From the NCBI GenBank assembly GCA_049976505.1, contig JBMFIC010000005.1, positions 3,315-67,314 of the forward strand: a stretch of 64,000 nt of DNA, written 5' to 3'. Shown in pieces: positions 19,042-28,015 of this stretch. Each line of letters opens with the position of its first letter. The first letter of the stretch is position 1. The notes below the pieces were generated by a model, which had not been told where the DNA came from, ran no database searches, and saw only the letters and a program-made list of their open reading frames with translations. The stretch is from Nitrososphaeria archaeon. Its GTDB lineage: Archaea > Thermoproteota > Nitrososphaeria > Conexivisphaerales > UBA164. The position numbers and the translations under genes were made by a program.

Positions 19042-19135
19042 GTTCTTTCGTTGGCCGGATCTTTTAAAAATTTTTTGGTATTATACTAGTTTTTTGGTAA
19101 ATAAGCTTTAATGAAAGCTCAAACCTAAGATCAAC

Positions 19136-22100
19136 GTGGTTCACATACTAAGGCTTGAGATAAGGGGCTTCAAGTCGTTCAGGGAAAGGACCGTCCTCGA
19201 GTTCTCCGAGGGCCTGAACGCGATAACTGGCAGAAACGGAAGCGGAAAGTCGAACATAGTTGACGCTATAAGGTTTGCGCTGGGCTCCAACAGCCCAAAG
19301 GCCCTGAGAGAGAGCAGGATGAGCAGGCTCATAAGCGAGGGCTCTAGGATTAGGATGGCAAGGGTAAGCATAACGCTCTCCAACGAGGACGGGGTCCTGC
19401 CCGTGAGCTCCGACAAGGTGACCATAACAAGGGAGCTCCTCGAGGATGGGACCCAGAGGTACTACCTGAACGGCAGGAGGACCACAAGGTCTGCCGTGGA
19501 GGATTTCCTTGCAGCTGCTGGTATATCAGCCGACGGACTGAACATCGTGCCCCAGGGGTCCCTGAACGCCGTAGCCGAGATGTCGCCCAACGAGAGGATG
19601 GAGCTCCTTCAGGAGATCATAGGGATCAGGGTGTATGATGAAAAGAAGGAGGAGGCCCTTCAGAGGCTCAGGAGCGCCGACGAGCAGCTGGCCGTGACCT
19701 TCGCCAAGATGGACGAAAAGAGGGAGATCATGGTGAAGCTGGAGAAGGAGATGAACGAGCTGCTGAGGCTTCGCCAGATAGATCAGGAGCTCATGAAGTA
19801 CAGAAAGGCCATCCTCCTCAGAAGGCTTGATGAGCTGGAGGGCAGGAGGTCTGAGCTGGCCCGCTCTATAGATGAGGCCCAGCGAAGGGGAGAGGAGCTC
19901 TCCAGGGAGCTGGACGACGTGCTGAGGCTCTTTGAGGGAGGGGAGAGGGCCCGGGAGGTGTACAACAGGTACGCGGAGATCATGGCAAGGCTTCAGTCCC
20001 TGGCCTCTGAGCTCAGGCTGTTAGATTCAAGGCTCGAGGAGGACGGCGCTGAGCTCCAGAAGGCGAAGGAGGCGCTATCGAACGTGGAGCGCATAGCAGA
20101 GAACCTCACGGTCCAGAGGAGGAGCATCGAGCAGAGCCTGAGCTCCAGGAGGGCTGAGCTCCAGGGGCTGGAGAGCGAGATATCAGAGCTCAGGGAGAGG
20201 GAGTCGCTTATAGAGAAGAGGATCGAGGAAGTTCGCAGGGCGGAGGACGAGAGAGGGCGCCTCATCCAGAGGCTGTCAGGAGCGCTTGAAAGGCTGACAA
20301 ACGCTAGACTTAGGATCGAGGAAGCGCTGGACTTCATAAGGGATGCCGTCTCCAGCGAGAGGAGGAAGCTGGAGGCCCTTGAGGGAATAGCCGCAAGGCA
20401 CGAGGAGATAAAGAGGAGGCTCGAGGCCCTGGGGAGCAGGGAAAGCACGGATGTTTCAAGGTACGCCGAGAGGCTGGAGGAGCTGAGAAGGAGGAGGCAG
20501 GAGATCCTCAGGGAGATCATGGAGGCCAACGAAGTGCTCCTCAGGGCCATGGGGTACAGCGTGGCTCAGAGGATACTCCGAAGCCACGCCACGGGGGACG
20601 TTTTGAACGAGATACTGGAGGAGGGGGCGGTTGAGGGATACCTTGGCAGGCTAAGCGACCTTATCAGGCCCAGGCAGGGATATGAGAGGATGGTGAGCGC
20701 TGCGATCGAGTACGTCAAGGACCCGCTGGTCTTCCAGGAGGCAAGCTCAGCTGCCCTCAGGTTCCTGAAAAGCTCCTCAAGGAGAAGGGCAGTCTTCATC
20801 AATGAGGTAAGGCCTGAAAGGCCCTGCGAGAGGTCCGTTGCAGGCCTCATGGAGTACCCGGAGGAGATGAGGAACGTTATAGCCGCCATCTTTGGAAAAA
20901 TATGCTATGAGGAAGATGAATGCTGCGAGGCCGTCGTCCTGAAGGACGGAACGGTGCTGAGCAGGGGGATCTATGAGATCGGCCAGATAGGATCGACCCA
21001 GACGTCCCTTAGGGAGTACCTTGAGAAGATATCAAGGGTCAGGAGCGGCGTCGACAGGCTCCTTGACCTGATAAACAGGAGGATTGAGGAGATATCGAGG
21101 ATATCGGGCGAGATCCTGGAGCTAAGGCAGAGCGCCGCCGAGGCAGCTGGGAGCAGGCTGAGCAGGGAGCAGATCGAGGAGCTCGAGAGGCTCCTTCAGG
21201 AGGAGGAGAGCGCGCTCTCCGGGTACAGAATGGAGCTCAGCGAGCTGAGGCAGAGGCTGAACGAAAGGATCTCAGAGATGGAGAGGTACGAGAGGGCGCT
21301 CAAGGGCATAGACCGGAGGATCTCGCAGATAAAGGAGAGGCTTCAGTCCGTATCCAGGCAGGGGGAGAGCGCTGAGGAGCTGGAGAGGGAGCTTATGGAG
21401 GTGAGAAGGAAGATCGCCGAGCTCTCGTCAAGGGCTGACAGACTGAGGGTTGAGATAGCCGAGCTCGAGAGCTCCCTGAAGGGGATCGACGACAGGATCT
21501 CGGTTGCTATCAGCAGCAGGACCGAGCTAGAGAGGAGGATAGGCTCGCTGAGCTCCGAGATCTCATCCCTCAGGGAGAGAAGGGAGGAGATTGAGAAAGA
21601 GAGGGCATCGCTGCAGGAGCAGGCTGACTCAATGAAGGAGAACGTTGAGCTCGCGTCAAGGGCCCAGGAGTCCAGGGAGGAGCTCAGCAGGAAGAAGGAC
21701 GCGCTTCTCAGGGAGATAAGGGAGAACAACAGGAGGATCGAGAAGCTGAGGATCGAGGCAGAGAGGCTTGAGGAGCAGGAGAGGGAGATCAGGGAACAGG
21801 TCGAGGGCATGAAGGTTGAGCCCTACGAGCTTCTTGGAGGCTATGAGGAGGTGATGAGAGGGCTTGAGAGGGAGAGGGCAGAGCTTGAGGCCAGGGTGAA
21901 CAGGATGGCCGAGAGGGACTACTCAGAGTACTACCGATCCTACAAGGAAGTCTCAAGCAGAAGGAACGAGCTCGAGAGGGACAGGGACGCCATAGTCAGG
22001 TTCATCGAGGACATAGAGAAGCAGAAGAAGGACGCCTTCATGAAGGCCTTCTCGGCGATCAACGACGGGCTGAGGGAGATCTTCTCGCAGATAGTGGATG

Positions 22101-22492
22101 GGGACGCATGGCTTGAGCTTGAGAGCCCCGAGAACCCGTTCAGCGGGGGCGTATTCCTGATAGGCAGGTTCGGGGACAAGCAGCCAAGGGAGTCGGCGTC
22201 CCTGAGCGGAGGGGAGAAGGCCGTGCTCTCGGTCTCCTTCCTGATGGCCATACAGAAGTACTACCCCGCGAAGTTCTACATATTCGATGAAATAGACGCA
22301 AACCTCGACGCAGACAGGGCCGAGAGGCTAGGCGAGTTCCTCAGGAAGTGGTCCGCCAGCTCCCAGGTCATACTTGTATCGCTCAAGGATACGATGATCT
22401 CGAAGGCCGACAGGGTGTTTGGGGTTTACGAGAAGAACGGATCGAGCTACGTGGTCCCGCTGGAGATGAGCAGGGTTGTCGGCCACTCCTGA
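19136..22492 (+). CDS. smc: Chromosome segregation protein SMC
   Basis: 1118 aa. Walker A GRNGSGKSN, long E/R/L coiled coils, hinge region, signature LSGGEK, Walker B YIFDEIDANLD. GTG start. Confidence 0.92.
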   Translation: MVHILRLEIRGFKSFRERTVLEFSEGLNAITGRNGSGKSNIVDAIRFALGSNSPKALRESRMSRLISEGSRIRMARVSITLSNEDGVLPVSSDKVTITRELLEDGTQRYYLNGRRTTRSAVEDFLAAAGISADGLNIVPQGSLNAVAEMSPNERMELLQEIIGIRVYDEKKEEALQRLRSADEQLAVTFAKMDEKREIMVKLEKEMNELLRLRQIDQELMKYRKAILLRRLDELEGRRSELARSIDEAQRRGEELSRELDDVLRLFEGGERAREVYNRYAEIMARLQSLASELRLLDSRLEEDGAELQKAKEALSNVERIAENLTVQRRSIEQSLSSRRAELQGLESEISELRERESLIEKRIEEVRRAEDERGRLIQRLSGALERLTNARLRIEEALDFIRDAVSSERRKLEALEGIAARHEEIKRRLEALGSRESTDVSRYAERLEELRRRRQEILREIMEANEVLLRAMGYSVAQRILRSHATGDVLNEILEEGAVEGYLGRLSDLIRPRQGYERMVSAAIEYVKDPLVFQEASSAALRFLKSSSRRRAVFINEVRPERPCERSVAGLMEYPEEMRNVIAAIFGKICYEEDECCEAVVLKDGTVLSRGIYEIGQIGSTQTSLREYLEKISRVRSGVDRLLDLINRRIEEISRISGEILELRQSAAEAAGSRLSREQIEELERLLQEEESALSGYRMELSELRQRLNERISEMERYERALKGIDRRISQIKERLQSVSRQGESAEELERELMEVRRKIAELSSRADRLRVEIAELESSLKGIDDRISVAISSRTELERRIGSLSSEISSLRERREEIEKERASLQEQADSMKENVELASRAQESREELSRKKDALLREIRENNRRIEKLRIEAERLEEQEREIREQVEGMKVEPYELLGGYEEVMRGLERERAELEARVNRMAERDYSEYYRSYKEVSSRRNELERDRDAIVRFIEDIEKQKKDAFMKAFSAINDGLREIFSQIVDGDAWLELESPENPFSGGVFLIGRFGDKQPRESASLSGGEKAVLSVSFLMAIQKYYPAKFYIFDEIDANLDADRAERLGEFLRKWSASSQVILVSLKDTMISKADRVFGVYEKNGSSYVVPLEMSRVVGHS

Positions 22493-23117
22493 GAAGGGCT
22501 TAGACATAAAGGTGCTTCTGAACCCGGAGCTCGTGAGAAGGCTCAACCCCTGGGAGCTCAAGGTGTACATCCTCCTGGAGCTCTTCAGGAAGTACCTCGA
22601 GAGCATGAAGCTTGTGGACTTCAGGCTGAGCGGGATAGCCCTCTCAACCTCGAGCCTCATATATGAGCTCAAGGCAAAGAGGATACTCTACGAGCCAAGG
22701 CACGAGGCCAGGCACAGGGCTCAGGAGGAGGCAAGGCTAGATCTCAGGCCCTACGTCATGATCGAGGTTCCATCAACGGACCTCAAAGAGCTCGTTGAGG
22801 CCTTCAGGGAGCTTGTAAGCGAGCTGGTGAGGAGCCAGCTGGCGATGCCAAAGTCCATTGAGCCCTCCGAGGTGCCGCTGGTGGACGAGCTCTCGGTCCT
22901 TGAGGCGATAAAGAAGTACGAGGACGAGGTAATAGCGATGCTGGAGCGCGAGGGGAGGAGGTCGCTTTACGATCTGCTCTCGGGAAGGAGCGCACTTGAG
23001 GTCGTCAGGTACTTTCTTGCGGTGCTCTTCCTGATAAGCGAGGGCAGGATAGACATAAGCGAGAGCCTTGAGATTTTCATACCCATGAACAGGAGCTCGC
23101 AGGAAGGCAAATCTTAA
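22476..23117 (+). CDS. scpA: Segregation and condensation protein A (kleisin ScpA)
   Basis: 213 aa immediately after, and overlapping, smc. Kleisin-like N- and C-terminal winged-helix regions. TTG start. Confidence 0.7.
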   Translation: MSATPEKGLDIKVLLNPELVRRLNPWELKVYILLELFRKYLESMKLVDFRLSGIALSTSSLIYELKAKRILYEPRHEARHRAQEEARLDLRPYVMIEVPSTDLKELVEAFRELVSELVRSQLAMPKSIEPSEVPLVDELSVLEAIKKYEDEVIAMLEREGRRSLYDLLSGRSALEVVRYFLAVLFLISEGRIDISESLEIFIPMNRSSQEGKS

Positions 23118-23143
23118 AGGAAGGAGCCGCTTTTAATCTCAGC

Positions 23144-23973
23144 ATGAACGGCCTTAAGAGGGCTGAGGAGCCTAAGGTGGGAGAGGCGCTGTACCATATA
23201 AGAATAAAAAAGGGCGACATCCCGAGGTTCGTCTTCCTCCCGGGAGATCCGGACAGGGTCAAGGTCTTCGCGAGGAGCTGGGACAGCAGCCAGATGGTTG
23301 CGCAGGAGAGGGAGTACCTCACCTACAAGGGAACGTACAAGGGGTTGAGCTGGCGTGCACCTCAACAGGCATAGGATCCGGGGCTATAGCCATAGCTGTC
23401 GAGGAGCTCCTGAGGGTCGGAGCTGACACCCTCATAAGGACCGGAACGACAGGGGCCCTCTGGAAGGACATAGGCATAGGGGACCTGATAATATCGATAG
23501 GGGCGTACAGGGCCGATGACGCAACCAGGGCCTACGCTCCCCTTGCGTATCCTGCGGTTGCCAACTACGAGGTGGTCCTCGCTCTGATAGAGGCGGCGGA
23601 GGAGCTTGGAGCCAGGTACTGGGTTGGGCTCACGTACTCAACGGACAGCTTCTACCTGGGACAGGGAAGGCCCGGGTTCAACGGCTTCACCAACGAGTAC
23701 TCCCAGAAGGTGGTGGACATGCTCAAGAGGCTCAACATAGTGAACATGGAGATGGAGTCATCAACTCTCTTCACGCTGGCCTCGATATACAGGGTGAGGG
23801 CAGGCGCGATATTTGCGGCGATCGCAAACAGGGAGACTGGCGAGTTCGTCCCGAACGCAGGCGTCGAGACCATGGTCAGGGTTGCGAACGAGGCGGTCAG
23901 GATACTCAGCGAGTGGGACGAGAGGAAGAAGGAGAAGGGAAAGAGGTACTTCTACCCGTCACTGATCAGGTAA
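23144..23973 (+). pseudogene. udp: Uridine phosphorylase (PNP/UDP family), interrupted by a 1-nt frameshift in a G4 run
   Basis: Frame A (23144..23374) gives ..FLPGDPDRVKVFA..YLTYKGTYKG, then a nonsense tail. Frame B continues from 23341 with VELACTSTGIGSGAIAIAVEELL..IRTGTTGAL..NMEMESSTL. One extra G in GGGG (23341..23344) restores a single ~276-aa ORF. Confidence 0.85.
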
Positions 23974-23975
23974 AG

Positions 23976-24050
23976 CGATCCCGGCGGGATTCGAACCCGC
24001 GACCTCCGGCTTAGAGGGCCGGCGCTCTGTCCAAGCTGAGCTACGGGATC
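23976..24050 (-). tRNA. tRNA-Arg (anticodon UCU) with unusual C33
   Basis: Reverse strand: acceptor GATCCCG/CGGGATC, D arm GCTC..GAGC, anticodon stem CCGGC/GCCGG with loop CCTCTAA, T arm GCGGG-TTCGAAT-CCCGC. Confidence 0.85.
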
Positions 24051-24098
24051 AAAAAATAATAAAAAACGACATTTTTAACCGTTTAGCTCCTTTTAACT

Positions 24099-24281
24099 TT
24101 AAGTTAAACCCAGCTCAGGGAACTTGGACTTCTCCAGGCCAAGCTCCTCCTGCAGAGTCCTTATCCTCTTGGCGTATTCAAGCATCTTGTCCTTTTCGCC
24201 CTTTGACTTAGCTATCTTGTACGCCTTCCATGCCTTCTTAAGAGCTCCCCAGGTCTGTCCCTTCGAGTACTTCTGGCTCAT
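24099..24281 (-). CDS. Small basic hypothetical protein (60 aa)
   Basis: Lys-rich ORF with the host AAG/GAG codon bias and AT-rich flanks. No recognisable family. Confidence 0.45.
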   Translation of the reverse strand: MSQKYSKGQTWGALKKAWKAYKIAKSKGEKDKMLEYAKRIRTLQEELGLEKSKFPELGLT

Positions 24282-24335
24282 TTCCTTTCAAACTTCATAT
24301 TAAAAATTGTAAAATAAAAACTTTTCGTATGAGAT

Positions 24336-25334
24336 TTAGCCCACATAATTTTTCTCAAAATCCTCCAGTATTTTTAACAAATTTATAGAGCCGGCGTTGC
24401 TCTTGAAGCCAAAGCTGTTGATCTCCCTGACTGTTCCAGATCTTCCTTTTTTCCTTTCATACTGCACGGCCCTGATCACGTCAACAAGCACGTTGTAGGC
24501 GTTGGGCCCGTCCCTCGTCCTGTACTCCGCGTCTATGTAGAACTTCTCGTTGAAGGGCCCGAGGACCTCAACGTAGAAGTAGCTGACCCTGTAGTCCTCC
24601 AGGAAGGGCACGTAGTCGGTGGTACCTGTTACAACCTCAGAGGCCTCGTCCTCCTTCCTTATGGCGGAGCTCTTTATCCTCCTCTTCTCCTCCCTTATCC
24701 TCTCATCCATTGTGTTGAGGGTCTCAAACGATCCCCCGACGTCAAGCTGGTATGATTTAACCCATGAGCTTCCGAACTGCCTGAATGCGTGCATCAGTAT
24801 CCTGTGAAGCCAGGTCCCTCCGAGCTGGCTCTGAAGGTCGTCCCCCGCCGCTATGGCCCCTTTTCTCTCGAAGAGCTCTACAAGCTCCCTCCTCTGAACT
24901 ATGGGCGAGGGGGTCGCGTTGATAAAGCTGTACCCGAGCTCGGCGGAGGCCCTCGCGAAGAGCTCGCTGGCCCTCTGCTGCCCGGAGTTTATGAGGTTGA
25001 GGACGACGTCCGCATCCATTGAGGAGAGGCTCCTCCTGAGCTCGTCCTCGCTCGCTTTAACTAGCTCAATCCTTCCAATAACCTCCCTGCTTACCTCATC
25101 TGGATAATAAACCGAGGGCAGGACCTGGACCTCGGGTCCAGCCCCATAGATCTCCCTGAGCGTTCTTCCGACCTTGCTCGAGTCGACGTCAAAGGCCCCA
25201 ACGATCCTGATGTCGTTCAGCGAGTAGCCCCCAACTACCCTGTGCCAGGGCTCGACCCCCTCGTATATCCCCTTCACGAGGTACCTGGCGACGTTTCCCA
25301 CGCCAAAGATCACTGCTCTGATCCCGCTACGCAT
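24336..25334 (-). CDS. myo-Inositol-1-phosphate synthase-family protein (short form)
   Basis: Rossmann start AVIFGVGNVARYLVKGI, then GDDLQSQLGGTWLHRIL and YQLDVGGSFETLNTMD. These parallel GDDIKSQxGAT..HR and QLNxGGNxDFLN of bacterial/archaeal Ino1. Confidence 0.6.
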   Translation of the reverse strand: MRSGIRAVIFGVGNVARYLVKGIYEGVEPWHRVVGGYSLNDIRIVGAFDVDSSKVGRTLREIYGAGPEVQVLPSVYYPDEVSREVIGRIELVKASEDELRRSLSSMDADVVLNLINSGQQRASELFARASAELGYSFINATPSPIVQRRELVELFERKGAIAAGDDLQSQLGGTWLHRILMHAFRQFGSSWVKSYQLDVGGSFETLNTMDERIREEKRRIKSSAIRKEDEASEVVTGTTDYVPFLEDYRVSYFYVEVLGPFNEKFYIDAEYRTRDGPNAYNVLVDVIRAVQYERKKGRSGTVREINSFGFKSNAGSINLLKILEDFEKNYVG

Positions 25335-25480
25335 GTAATATGGTTGAATACGCCTGAAATTTATATTTAGCTGGTCAGCTCTTCAGCATCTGCCATCGGG
25401 CCCTTACAGCTCGGAAGCCCGCGGATCGGGGCCTCTTCTAAGAAAAAGTTTAAATCATAACGAAAAACAATTCTTGAGAG

Positions 25481-26056
25481 GTGAATTATTTGTTTCAGAT
25501 ACTGACGCTCGAGGATGTTGTTCGTATACCGCCATCAGATTTCGATAAGGACGTTAACGAAATCGCGCTGAAGCAGCTGAAGGAGAAGTACGAGAGCACG
25601 GTGACCAAGGAGTACGGCTTCCTCATCAAGGTTCTGAGCGCGAAGGCGGATAAAATAGGGAAGATAATACACGGGGACGGCGGCAAGTACCACCGCGTCC
25701 AGTTCGACGTTCTCTCGTTCTACCCCGAGGTCGGGGAGATCATAGAGGGGGAGGTCGTGGAGATCACCGACTTTGGGGCCTTCGTCAAGATAGGACCAGC
25801 TGACGCCCTGCTGCACATAAGCCAGGTGATGGACGACTACGTCACGGTTGACCTGAAAGGCGGAGTCATAACTGGGCAGAACACGAAGAGGCAGCTCAAG
25901 GTCGGGAGCAGGGTGAGGGCAAAGATAATCGCTGTGAGCATAGGGACCGGAATGAGCATGGCAAAGATAGGCATAACCTGCAGGCAGCCGATGCTGGGCG
26001 CCCTCGAATGGATAGAGGAGGAAATTAAGAAGATAGCCGCGCAGCAGCAGGGGTGA
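25481..26056 (+). CDS. rpoE: DNA-directed RNA polymerase subunit Rpo7 (E')
   Basis: LTLEDVVRIPPSDF N-terminus plus a C-terminal S1 domain (GEVVEITDFGAFVKIGP). GTG start (TTG 25490 possible). Confidence 0.88.
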   Translation: MNYLFQILTLEDVVRIPPSDFDKDVNEIALKQLKEKYESTVTKEYGFLIKVLSAKADKIGKIIHGDGGKYHRVQFDVLSFYPEVGEIIEGEVVEITDFGAFVKIGPADALLHISQVMDDYVTVDLKGGVITGQNTKRQLKVGSRVRAKIIAVSIGTGMSMAKIGITCRQPMLGALEWIEEEIKKIAAQQQG

Positions 26057-26061
26057 AGTAG

Positions 26062-26250
26062 ATGCCGCAGGAGAAGGCGTGCAGGAACTGCAGGTACATA
26101 ACCAGGGAGAGCGTGTGCCCGGTCTGCGGGTCGAAGGACCTCACGATGAACTGGTCAGGGCAGGTAATAATTCTCGACGTTGAGAACTCTGAGATAGCAA
26201 AGGCTTTAGGCGTAAAGGTTCCAGGCAGGTACGCGATTAACGTTGTATAG
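26062..26250 (+). CDS. spt4: Transcription elongation factor Spt4 (RpoE'')
   Basis: ACRNCRYI..CPVCGS zinc ribbon, then W.G.VIILD..SEIAK. Follows rpo7. Confidence 0.88.
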   Translation: MPQEKACRNCRYITRESVCPVCGSKDLTMNWSGQVIILDVENSEIAKALGVKVPGRYAINVV

Positions 26251-26743
26251 GCTAACGGAGGCAGCGAGGGCAGCCCTCAAGAGGCCCCTCGGGGAGCTGG
26301 TGGAGAAAGGAAGGGAGATAGATTACATAAGGTCCAGGCTCCTGGAAGAGGGGTTCGTGATAACCGTTGGGGACAGGACCACGGAGAACTTCATAACAGC
26401 CGGCGGAAAGCCGAGGATAGAGATAGTGGACCTCAAGGAGAAGAGGTCGGAGCGGGCGGACACGGCGAGCGCAGCAGAGAGGGTCTGCAGGGTATCCAAC
26501 CCCCCTGGAACGATAAGCGACGAGGCCATCGAGTGCATAAGGGACGCCGTCAGGAGCAGGGAGAGGGTCAGGATTAAGGTGGATGGGGAGGAGGACCTAC
26601 TTGGCCTTCCCGCGATCATGTACGCGCCGCTGGGCTCATACGTGCTGTACGGCCAGCCGGACGAGGGGCTGGTGGTTGTAAGGGTTGACGAGAGGATAAA
26701 GAGGAAAGCGGAGGAGCTCCTGCTTCTCATGGAGAGGTACTAA
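26243..26743 (+). CDS. DUF359 family / GTP-dependent dephospho-CoA kinase-like
   Basis: ITVGDRTTENF..PRIEIVDLKEKR pattern and the conserved rpo7-spt4-DUF359 gene order. TTG start. Confidence 0.6.
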   Translation: MYRLTEAARAALKRPLGELVEKGREIDYIRSRLLEEGFVITVGDRTTENFITAGGKPRIEIVDLKEKRSERADTASAAERVCRVSNPPGTISDEAIECIRDAVRSRERVRIKVDGEEDLLGLPAIMYAPLGSYVLYGQPDEGLVVVRVDERIKRKAEELLLLMERY

Positions 26744-26812
26744 AAGCTTAGGGCCCTTGAAGCGCCTCGTACGCCCGTAATAACGTTTTAAAATAGCCGA
26801 TCGCGTTAGAGT

Positions 26813-28015
26813 ATGGCGTTGCCGAGGTACAGGTGTGAGAACTGCGGGTTCGAGGAGAGCCTAGATAAGAACCTGTACTTCTGCCCCAGGTGCGGGGACC
26901 CGCTCACGATAGTGTACGACGAGAAGGAGCTCAGCTCAGCGAAGTTTGAGGGAAGGGGGGTGTGGAGGTACAGGGACGTGCTGCCTGTAAGCCATGAAAG
27001 GGCCGTAACGATGAACGAAGGAGGCACCCCGCTGCAGAGGAGCGTCAGGCTGGTCAGGGAGCTTGGAATAAGGGACCTGAGGATCAAGAACGAGGGGCTC
27101 AACCCCTCAGGAAGCTTCAAGGACAGGGGGATGACCGTTGGGGTAACGAGGGCCCTCGAGATAAATGCGAGGTCGGTGATCTGCGCATCCACGGGAAACA
27201 CGGCAGCAAGCCTCTCAGCGTACGCTGCGAGGGCCGGTCTGAGGGCCTACGTGGTTGTTCCCCATGAATCGGTGGCGCTCGGCAAGCTCGCACAGGCCAG
27301 GGCAGCCGGCGCTAAAATCGTGAGGATCAGGGGGAACTTCGACTACGCGCTGAAACTGGTGAGGCAGCTAGCGGCTGAGACCAGCGAAACCTACCTCCTG
27401 AACTCGGTGAACCCGTTCAGGATCGAGGGCCAGAAGACGCTTGCCTACGAGATAGTCGAGGAGTATGGGGTTCCTGACTGGATATTCATACCCGTGGGGA
27501 ACGCCGGAAACATAACGGCCCTCTGGAAGGGGTTAAAGGAGCTCAGGGCCATGGGGATGATAGACAGGATGCCCAGGCTCGCCGGCGTTCAGGCCGAGGG
27601 TGCATCGCCGATCTACAGGGCGTTCATCTCGGGCTCAGACAGGATTGAGCCCGAGCCCAACCCGCAGACTGTTGCCACAGCGATAAAGATAGGCAGCCCA
27701 GCCAGCTGGAGGAGGGCGCTCAGGGCCGTAAGGGAGTCGAACGGGGTCATGCTTGCCGTATCCGACGAGGATATTACGACCTACCAGAGGAAGCTTGCAT
27801 CGATGGAGGGCATATTCGTGGAGCCGGCCAGCGCCGCGTCGGTTGCAGGGCTTGCCAGGGCCGTTGAGAGGGGGATAGTTGGAAGAGATGAGAGCGCAGT
27901 GGCTGTGGTCACAGGCAACGGCCTGAAGGACCCTGACTCCCTGATGAGGCTGCAGAGCGATGAAGTGGTGGTGGAGGCCAGCCTGAAGGCCCTGAGAGCG
28001 GTGATACTCGGTTGA
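26813..28015 (+). CDS. thrC: Threonine synthase
   Basis: N-terminal zinc ribbon (CENCG..CPRCG), PLP-lysine motif GSFKDRGMT, STGNTAAS. Confidence 0.9.
   Translation: MALPRYRCENCGFEESLDKNLYFCPRCGDPLTIVYDEKELSSAKFEGRGVWRYRDVLPVSHERAVTMNEGGTPLQRSVRLVRELGIRDLRIKNEGLNPSGSFKDRGMTVGVTRALEINARSVICASTGNTAASLSAYAARAGLRAYVVVPHESVALGKLAQARAAGAKIVRIRGNFDYALKLVRQLAAETSETYLLNSVNPFRIEGQKTLAYEIVEEYGVPDWIFIPVGNAGNITALWKGLKELRAMGMIDRMPRLAGVQAEGASPIYRAFISGSDRIEPEPNPQTVATAIKIGSPASWRRALRAVRESNGVMLAVSDEDITTYQRKLASMEGIFVEPASAASVAGLARAVERGIVGRDESAVAVVTGNGLKDPDSLMRLQSDEVVVEASLKALRAVILG

Noticed and set aside
19993-20550. 185-aa Ser/Leu-rich ORF on the minus strand. Similar ORFs lie at 19783..19983, 20566..20889, 21343..21810 and 21940..22251.
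   Set aside because: All are antisense to the smc coiled-coil region. Reverse complements of GAG/AAG/AGG-rich codons give stop-free Ser/Leu/Phe frames. They have low-complexity composition and no independent start context.
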